51,330 nucleotides of DNA from Candidatus Troglogloeales bacterium (GTDB lineage: Bacteria; Nitrospirota; Nitrospiria; SBBL01; SBBT01): positions 1 to 51,330 of the forward strand of contig SBBT01000043.1 of assembly GCA_005239595.1 (NCBI GenBank), written 5' to 3'. Below the pieces are notes generated by a model that had not been told where the DNA came from, made no database searches, and worked only from the letters and a program-made list of their open reading frames with translations. This document shows, in pieces, positions 45,807-51,330 of the stretch (positions within the stretch are counted from its first letter, which is position 1; every line of letters starts with the position of its first letter). Both the position numbers and the translations under genes were made by a program.

Positions 45807-46502
45807 GTGCGCTTTGGTATTGTTGTTTTTCCAGGATCGAATTGTGACGCCGATTGCCATAACGTCACCTGCGATATTTTAGGGGCGCCTGCCACCTATA
45901 TCTGGCACAAAGAAAGAGAAATCCCGGACGTGGATGTCCTTATTCTGCCGGGCGGATTCTCGTATGGAGATTATTTGCGCGCCGGGGCCATTGCCCGTTT
46001 TTCCCCTATCATGGAAGCTGTGGCCCGTTTTGCTGGTGCGGGGGGATACGTCGTTGGTATTTGTAACGGCTTTCAGATTCTGGTAGAAGCAGGTATCCTG
46101 CCAGGTGCCTTTTTGAGAAACCGCTCTCTTAAATTTATTTGTAAGGCCTGCTCCGTTCGGGTTGAAAACAACCGGACCGCCTTTACATCTCTTTACCACT
46201 TCGGACAAGTCCTCTCGCTGCCGATTGCCCACGCGGAAGGGAATTATTATATGGATCAAGCCACGCTGTCAAGGGTGGCACAACGGGGCCAAATCCTATT
46301 GCGGTATTGCACCAAAGAGGGAGAAATTTCGGACGAGGCCAACCCCAATGGCGCTATCTTCAATATCGCCGGCATCTGTAACGAAGCGGGCAATGTCCTC
46401 GGCATGATGCCCCATCCCGAACGGGCCGCAGATCCCCTATTGGGCTCCGAAGACGGGATCAAACTGTTTCAATCACTCCTCCTGGCGCAGGTCCATGGCT
46501 AA
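45807..46502 (+). CDS. purQ: Phosphoribosylformylglycinamidine synthase, glutaminase subunit
   Basis: The 231-aa product starts (GTG)[13 protein letters not shown], with the catalytic Cys in GICNGFQIL and MMPHPER near the C-terminus. Confidence 0.93.
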   Translation: MRFGIVVFPGSNCDADCHNVTCDILGAPATYIWHKEREIPDVDVLILPGGFSYGDYLRAGAIARFSPIMEAVARFAGAGGYVVGICNGFQILVEAGILPGAFLRNRSLKFICKACSVRVENNRTAFTSLYHFGQVLSLPIAHAEGNYYMDQATLSRVAQRGQILLRYCTKEGEISDEANPNGAIFNIAGICNEAGNVLGMMPHPERAADPLLGSEDGIKLFQSLLLAQVHG

Positions 46503-48693
46503 CCCACACCCATCTCACACACTCACAGATGATGAATACAAAAAGGTCAACGAACTTCTGGGGCGAGAGCCGAATGCCATTGAGCTTGCCCTCTTCTCCG
46601 TCATGTGGAGCGAACACTGCAGTTACAAAAGCTCCAGGTTTCACTTAAAACGTCTTCCAACCACAGGGGAGCGGGTTATCGAGGGCCCTGGAGAAAACGC
46701 GGGGGTCGTTGATATTGGAGAAGGCTTCGTCGCCGTTTTTAAAATTGAGAGCCACAACCACCCCTCTTTCATCGAGCCGTATCAGGGCGCCGCAACCGGC
46801 GTGGGAGGGATTTTGCGGGATATCTTTACCATGGGGGCAAGACCGGTTGCCCTTCTTAACTCCCTTCGCTTTGGTCCGCTTGACTCTCCTAAAAACAGAT
46901 ACCTTTTCGAGCAGGTCATCTCGGGGATTGCCGGCTACGGCAACTGCATCGGTGTGCCGACGGTGGGCGGCGAAATTTATTTCAATGAGACTTATTCCAA
47001 TAATCCGCTCGTGAATGTCTTCTGTCTGGGAATCGCCAAGAAAGAGGAAATCGTTAAGGGAAGGGCTGCGGGATTTGGGAACCCCGTGATCTATGTTGGA
47101 TCCAAGACGGGGAGGGACGGCATTCATGGCGCTACTATGGCCAGCGCTGAACTCTCCCAATCGGCCGAAAAACGGCATACCGTCCAGGTGGGCGATCCTC
47201 TATGCGAAAAACTCCTTCTTGAGGCATGTCTTGAGCTGATGGGCAAAGGTGGCCTGATTGGAATTCAGGATATGGGGGCCGCCGGTCTTGCCTGCGCCGC
47301 TTCCGAAATGGCCCATCGGGGAGGATGCGGCATCGAGATTGACGTATCCAAGGTGCCCCTGCGGGAAGAAGGGATGACACCCGATGAAATCATGATTTCC
47401 GAATCACAAGAGCGGATGCTCGTTATTGTCCAAAAGGGATCGGAAGCTGCCGTTGAAACCGTTTTTAAAAAGTGGGACCTCGATATCGCGATCGTCGGAA
47501 CCGTCACAGATGATTTACTCCTAACCGTGAAAGATCAAACAAAGATTGTGGCGCAGGTCCCTGTCGCGGCGCTCACGGCAGAAGCGCCTGTTTATGAGCG
47601 GCCGATCGCCACCCCCTCCTTTCATGAAATGTTACAGGGATTGAATCTTTCGGCCATCTCTGAACCGAAGTCCTATTCGGACACCCTCCTTGCGCTGCTC
47701 GGTTCGCCTTCTCTTGCAAGCAAAGAATGGGTCTATCAACAATACGACCATATGGTGCAAACCAACACCCTCATTGGTCCAGGCGCCGATGCGGCGGTTA
47801 TACGAATAAAACACACCAACATCTCTCTCGCGGCAACCGTCGACGGAAACAGCCTCTACTGTCTTTTGAACCCCTACTATGGCGGGGCCATTGCGGTGGC
47901 GGAAGCGGCTCGAAACCTTGCCTGCGTCGGTGCAACGCCGATCGCCCTTAGCGATTGCCTCAATTTTGGCAATCCGGAACGCCCCGAGGTGATGTGGCAC
48001 TTCGCCCTCTGCCTGGAAGGAATCAGCGAGGCGTGCAAGGCATTCGGCCTCCCCATCATCAGCGGCAATGTCAGTTTCTATAACGAAACACGGGGACTCG
48101 GCATTTATCCCACTCCGATCATCGCCATGGTCGGACTCATCAATGGTCCTTATCTCGCCTCTGGATTTAGAGGGGAGGGAGAGAAAATCATTCTTATTGG
48201 AGAGACACTCGAAGAACTGGGCGGAAGTGAATATTTAAAGGCCATTCACACCCAGGAGCGCGGCTTTCCTCCGATTCTGCACTTTGAAAGAGAGCGGGGC
48301 GTTCATCAAGTCGTGCGAAAGGCGATCAAGGAAGGACTACTTACATCGGCACACGACTGTTCAGAGGGAGGTCTTGCGGTTGCGCTTGCTGAATGCTGCA
48401 TCTTGTCGCCTTTCTTGATGGGTGCGGCGATTGCGGTGCCATCCCAATCGATCCGGACAGACGCCTATCTCTTTGGAGAGTCGCAATCGAGGATCGTGGT
48501 TACCGTAAAAGAAGGGCATTTGCAAGCATTAGAGACACACTTGAAAGAAGCGAGCCTCCCCTTTAGCCTGTTGGGAACGACAGGAGGGACATCCTTGACA
48601 ATAACGATGGGGGCACAAGAACTGATTCACCTTTCCGTTCGGGAAATGCGGGAAGTCCATCGAACAGGGTTGACACGACATGTCGGAAGTTAG
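46495..48693 (+). CDS. purL: Phosphoribosylformylglycinamidine synthase subunit PurL
   Basis: 732-aa ORF with [30 protein letters not shown] and duplicated AIR-synthase-like domains. It overlaps purQ by 8 nt. Confidence 0.95.
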   Translation: MANPHPSHTLTDDEYKKVNELLGREPNAIELALFSVMWSEHCSYKSSRFHLKRLPTTGERVIEGPGENAGVVDIGEGFVAVFKIESHNHPSFIEPYQGAATGVGGILRDIFTMGARPVALLNSLRFGPLDSPKNRYLFEQVISGIAGYGNCIGVPTVGGEIYFNETYSNNPLVNVFCLGIAKKEEIVKGRAAGFGNPVIYVGSKTGRDGIHGATMASAELSQSAEKRHTVQVGDPLCEKLLLEACLELMGKGGLIGIQDMGAAGLACAASEMAHRGGCGIEIDVSKVPLREEGMTPDEIMISESQERMLVIVQKGSEAAVETVFKKWDLDIAIVGTVTDDLLLTVKDQTKIVAQVPVAALTAEAPVYERPIATPSFHEMLQGLNLSAISEPKSYSDTLLALLGSPSLASKEWVYQQYDHMVQTNTLIGPGADAAVIRIKHTNISLAATVDGNSLYCLLNPYYGGAIAVAEAARNLACVGATPIALSDCLNFGNPERPEVMWHFALCLEGISEACKAFGLPIISGNVSFYNETRGLGIYPTPIIAMVGLINGPYLASGFRGEGEKIILIGETLEELGGSEYLKAIHTQERGFPPILHFERERGVHQVVRKAIKEGLLTSAHDCSEGGLAVALAECCILSPFLMGAAIAVPSQSIRTDAYLFGESQSRIVVTVKEGHLQALETHLKEASLPFSLLGTTGGTSLTITMGAQELIHLSVREMREVHRTGLTRHVGS

Positions 48694-50122
48694 ACCAATG
48701 CGAGAGCAGAGCGATAAATTTCATGAAGAGTGTGCCATTTTCGGTATTTATGGACACCCCGAGGCCGGGAATCTCACCTACCTCGGCCTTTATGCGCTTC
48801 AACATCGAGGGCAGGAGGCAAGCGGGATTGCCACCCATGACGGCCATGCCTTCTATCAGGAAAAAGGGATGGGTCTCGTGGCCGATATTTTCTCCCAAGA
48901 TCGCTTAAACCGCCTGAAGGGGCATGCCGCGATCGGCCATAATCGTTATTCAACGACCGGCGACAGTGTTTTAAAGAACGTCCAGCCGGTGATGGTCGAG
49001 TATGCCCTCGGGACCCTCGCAATGGTCCATAACGGCAACCTTATCAATACAGACCTCCTGCGGGATGAATTGGAGGCCTATGGCGCCATTTTTCAATCGA
49101 CCATCGACAGTGAGGTCATCATCCACCTGATCGCGCACTCAACCGAGGACCGGCTTCTATTAAGAATCATCGACGCATTAGAGCGGGTCCACGGGGCCTA
49201 TTGTCTCATCTTTCTTTCAGAGGAGGGACTGATCGGGGTTCGCGATCCGTACGGTTTCCGCCCGCTCTGTCTCGGAAAATTGAAGGACGGTTTTGTGCTG
49301 GCATCCGAAAGCTGCGCCTTTGATCTGATCGGAGCGGAACTAATCCGGGAAATCGAGCCGGGCGAGGTGATACAGATTAACGAAAAAGGGGTCTTCTCGT
49401 ATAAGCCGTTTCCAAAAACTCCCACGGCCCAATGTGTTTTCGAATACGTCTACTTTGCAAGACCTGACAGCTATATTTTCACACAACACGTTTATGGTAT
49501 TCGAAAAAGGCTTGGGAAAGAGCTGGCCAAGGAAGGAGCAGTGTCAGCGGATATTGTCATCCCCGTCCCCGACTCCGGCGTCCCCGCCGCGCTGGGATTT
49601 TCAGAGGAGTCCAAAATTCCGTACGAAATCGGGCTTATTCGAAATCACTATGTCGGCCGGACATTTATCGAACCGCAACAATCGATTCGTCATTTTGGCG
49701 TGAAAATAAAATTAAACGCCATGCACGAAGCCCTGGAAGGGAAGCGGGTGGTGGTGGTAGACGATTCTCTGGTGCGCGGCACCACCAGTCAAAAGATTGT
49801 TAAAATGATTCGCGCGGCCGGGGCCAGAGAAGTTCACATGAGGATCAGTTCGCCACCGATTCTCTCACCTTGTTTTTATGGAATCGACACCCCTACCCGA
49901 CAGGAGTTGCTTGCTGCAAACAAGAACGTGGAAGAAATCCGCGAATATATTACCGCGGACAGCCTGACATACCTCTCGATGGAAGGAATGTTTCGGGCGG
50001 TCTATCATTCAGAATCTGGAGAAAATTACCATTTTTGCAATGCCTGCTTTTCGGGAAACTATCCACTTCCCTTAACAGAAAAACAGCTACAGCTGCGCCT
50101 TTTTGAGGAAGGGAAAAGCTAG
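48680..50122 (+). CDS. purF: Amidophosphoribosyltransferase
   Basis: 480-aa ORF with the Ntn nucleophile Cys in [10 protein letters not shown], the PRPP loop [13 protein letters not shown] and Fe-S ligand Cys residues (CVFEY; CNACFSG). The alternative start at 48698 ([11 protein letters not shown]|C) would give an 11-residue propeptide, as in Bacillus PurF. Confidence 0.95.
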   Translation: MSEVRPMREQSDKFHEECAIFGIYGHPEAGNLTYLGLYALQHRGQEASGIATHDGHAFYQEKGMGLVADIFSQDRLNRLKGHAAIGHNRYSTTGDSVLKNVQPVMVEYALGTLAMVHNGNLINTDLLRDELEAYGAIFQSTIDSEVIIHLIAHSTEDRLLLRIIDALERVHGAYCLIFLSEEGLIGVRDPYGFRPLCLGKLKDGFVLASESCAFDLIGAELIREIEPGEVIQINEKGVFSYKPFPKTPTAQCVFEYVYFARPDSYIFTQHVYGIRKRLGKELAKEGAVSADIVIPVPDSGVPAALGFSEESKIPYEIGLIRNHYVGRTFIEPQQSIRHFGVKIKLNAMHEALEGKRVVVVDDSLVRGTTSQKIVKMIRAAGAREVHMRISSPPILSPCFYGIDTPTRQELLAANKNVEEIREYITADSLTYLSMEGMFRAVYHSESGENYHFCNACFSGNYPLPLTEKQLQLRLFEEGKS

Positions 50123-50145
50123 AGGGCCTTTTTACACAGCCTGCA

Positions 50146-50574
50146 TTAAGGCCGCTCCTCCACCCAGACCACCCCTTCTTCTGTCGTCTCCTTCTTCCAG
50201 ATCGGCACGGTCCGCTTCAACTCATCAATACAAAAGGCACAGGCTGAAAAGGCCTCTTCGCGATGTTCTGCACCCACCACAATCAAAACGATATTATCTC
50301 CAATCGGTATCTCTCCGATCCGGTGAATGATCACCGCTTCAATAATATGAAACTCTTTTATGGCCCGCTCCCGAATGGTCTCAAGCTGTTTTTCGGCCAT
50401 GCCAGGATAGTGTTCGAAGGCAATCGTCTGAATCTCTCTCCCCTTTGAAAAATCACGGCCCACTCCCAGAAAAACAGCAATACCTCCGATCCGACGGGAA
50501 ACCCGCTTTACCTTCTCCACTACCTCCGTAACGCTAAAATCTTCCGTCTGAATCCGAATCGCATCGCTTAACAT
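50146..50574 (-). CDS. moaE: Molybdopterin synthase catalytic subunit
   Basis: 142-aa ORF with the MoaE pattern (GAIAVFLGVGRD...HYPGMAEK...IGDNIVLIVVGAEHREEAF...IWKKE). Its ATG overlaps the moaD 3' end. Confidence 0.88.
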   Translation of the reverse strand: MLSDAIRIQTEDFSVTEVVEKVKRVSRRIGGIAVFLGVGRDFSKGREIQTIAFEHYPGMAEKQLETIRERAIKEFHIIEAVIIHRIGEIPIGDNIVLIVVGAEHREEAFSACAFCIDELKRTVPIWKKETTEEGVVWVEERP

Positions 50575-50834
50575 ATTTCACCGATACAACCACCCGAAAA
50601 AGGAGGAAGCAGGGCAACCTCATCCCCCTGCCGCATGATATACTGACCCGAAACGAATTCCTGGTTGACGGAGGCAAAAAACCTTCCTTGCTTTCGCGCC
50701 TCCAAAAACCGCGGATACCTCTGCCCCAACTGATAAAGCAGTTGCTCCAACGTCGTCCCTTCGTCAACGGGAACCATAATTTCGCCTTCTCCCACGATTT
50801 CTTTTAATATTGCGAAAAACTTGATCTTTACCAT
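50568..50834 (-). CDS. moaD: MoaD/ThiS-family sulfur-carrier protein with a 6-residue extension after Gly-Gly
   Basis: 88-aa beta-grasp-like ORF (MVKIKFFAILKEIVG...DEVALLPPFSGG) that continues CIGEIC before the TAA. It lies directly upstream of moaE. Confidence 0.8.
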   Translation of the reverse strand: MVKIKFFAILKEIVGEGEIMVPVDEGTTLEQLLYQLGQRYPRFLEARKQGRFFASVNQEFVSGQYIMRQGDEVALLPPFSGGCIGEIC

Positions 50835-50843
50835 AAAGTACTA

Positions 50844-50859
50844 ATTATAACTTATTATA
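50844..50859 (-). promoter_or_regulatory. Two TATAAT boxes upstream of moaD (AT-rich promoter region)
   Basis: On the minus strand, TATAAT occurs at 50859-50854 and 50849-50844. The proximal box ends 9 nt before the ATG at 50834, and there is no SD in between. Confidence 0.4.
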
Positions 50860-51093
50860 AATACTATATTTATAAGTATCTGTAAAAACTTACAGTATCA
50901 TGATTCATGTCCGTAGCAAACCAAGGTGCCCCGTTTTCTTGTTTTAATTCTTTAGCATCAAATACTGGCGCAGTGCGGCTCCGTTCCTCCGCCATCCTGT
51001 AAAATCTATCCAGTTGCAGAAAGGCCGACTCAACTTGGACACTCCGGGGATTTTGATAAGGACTTTAAAGGCTTTGGTCCGCCACGTAATAGG

Positions 51094-51168
51094 TGTCCCC
51101 AAGGGGATTCGAACCCCTGTTACCGCCGTGAAAGGGCGATGTCCTGGGCCGGACTAGACGATGGGGAC
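51094..51168 (-). tRNA. tRNA-Glu (anticodon UUC), CCA not fully encoded
   Basis: The reverse complement folds as a 75-nt cloverleaf: acceptor GTCCCCA/TGGGGAC, anticodon stem TCGCC/GGCGG with loop CTTTCAC, T arm AGGGG-TTCGAAT-CCCCT. The 3' flank reads ACCT. Confidence 0.88.
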
Positions 51169-51177
51169 AGAGGGCCG

Positions 51178-51207
51178 ATACTATCCGAGGGGACTTACCC
51201 GTGTCAA
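51178..51207 (-). promoter_or_regulatory. Candidate sigma70-type promoter of tRNA-Glu
   Basis: On the minus strand: TTGACA (51207-51202), 18-nt spacer, TAGTAT (51183-51178). The -10 box ends 9 nt before the mature tRNA 5' end. Confidence 0.5.
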
Positions 51208-51215
51208 GGAGACAT

Positions 51216-51245
51216 GGGCACATCTGGGCACATCTGAGCACATCT
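51216..51245. repeat. 10-bp tandem direct repeat, 3 copies
   Basis: GGGCACATCT GGGCACATCT GAGCACATCT, read directly from the sequence. It lies immediately upstream of the tRNA-Glu -35 box. Confidence 0.85.
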
Positions 51246-51330
51246 GTTTACACAGGCCACAGGTGTAAGGCACGCCATTTATCATATAGGTGATACGGTT
51301 GGGACTTAATTCCGGAAGCCGTATGAAGGA

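Overview
This 51.3-kb window looks like an ordinary chromosomal segment of a bacterium with roughly 50% GC. The gene content is reminiscent of Nitrospirota, Desulfobacterota or anammox-type lineages, but the lineage cannot be fixed from sequence alone. Coding density is high and mostly core metabolism and housekeeping. The recognisable clusters are CBS-ilvB-ilvN-ilvC / psd-pssA / leuA, aminotransferase-hom-thrC-lysC-cimA, purQ-purL-purF and moaD-moaE. Housekeeping genes include rlmN, radA, tsaB, rimI, tatB-like/tatC, ihfA plus a MerR-type gene, tRNA-Pro(GGG) and tRNA-Glu(UUC). I saw no CRISPR array, transposase, integrase or phage gene, so this is not an obvious accessory island. The best candidate for a poorly described system is an ammonium-transporter/histidine-kinase fusion (42615..44816). 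A REC-PAS-PAS-GGDEF-(degenerate EAL) regulator follows it and a NYN/LOTUS protein precedes it, which suggests an ammonium to c-di-GMP signalling module. Other points worth a second look:
- ilvB has no canonical start codon; the likely start is ATT, in frame with the upstream CBS gene.
- moaD carries a 6-residue tail after its Gly-Gly, and a stand-alone JAMM peptidase gene lies elsewhere in the window.
- A MerR-type CDS has its stop codon inside tRNA-Pro.
- An orphan ExeA / rhomboid / GspC-like / TPR-DUF11 envelope cluster is present.
- A three-domain ATP-dependent DNA ligase is translationally coupled to htrA.
- There are two decayed genes (a PIN toxin and an acyltransferase-3).
- Several intergenic regions are repeat-rich.
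All domain calls come from motif recognition by eye; no database search was run.
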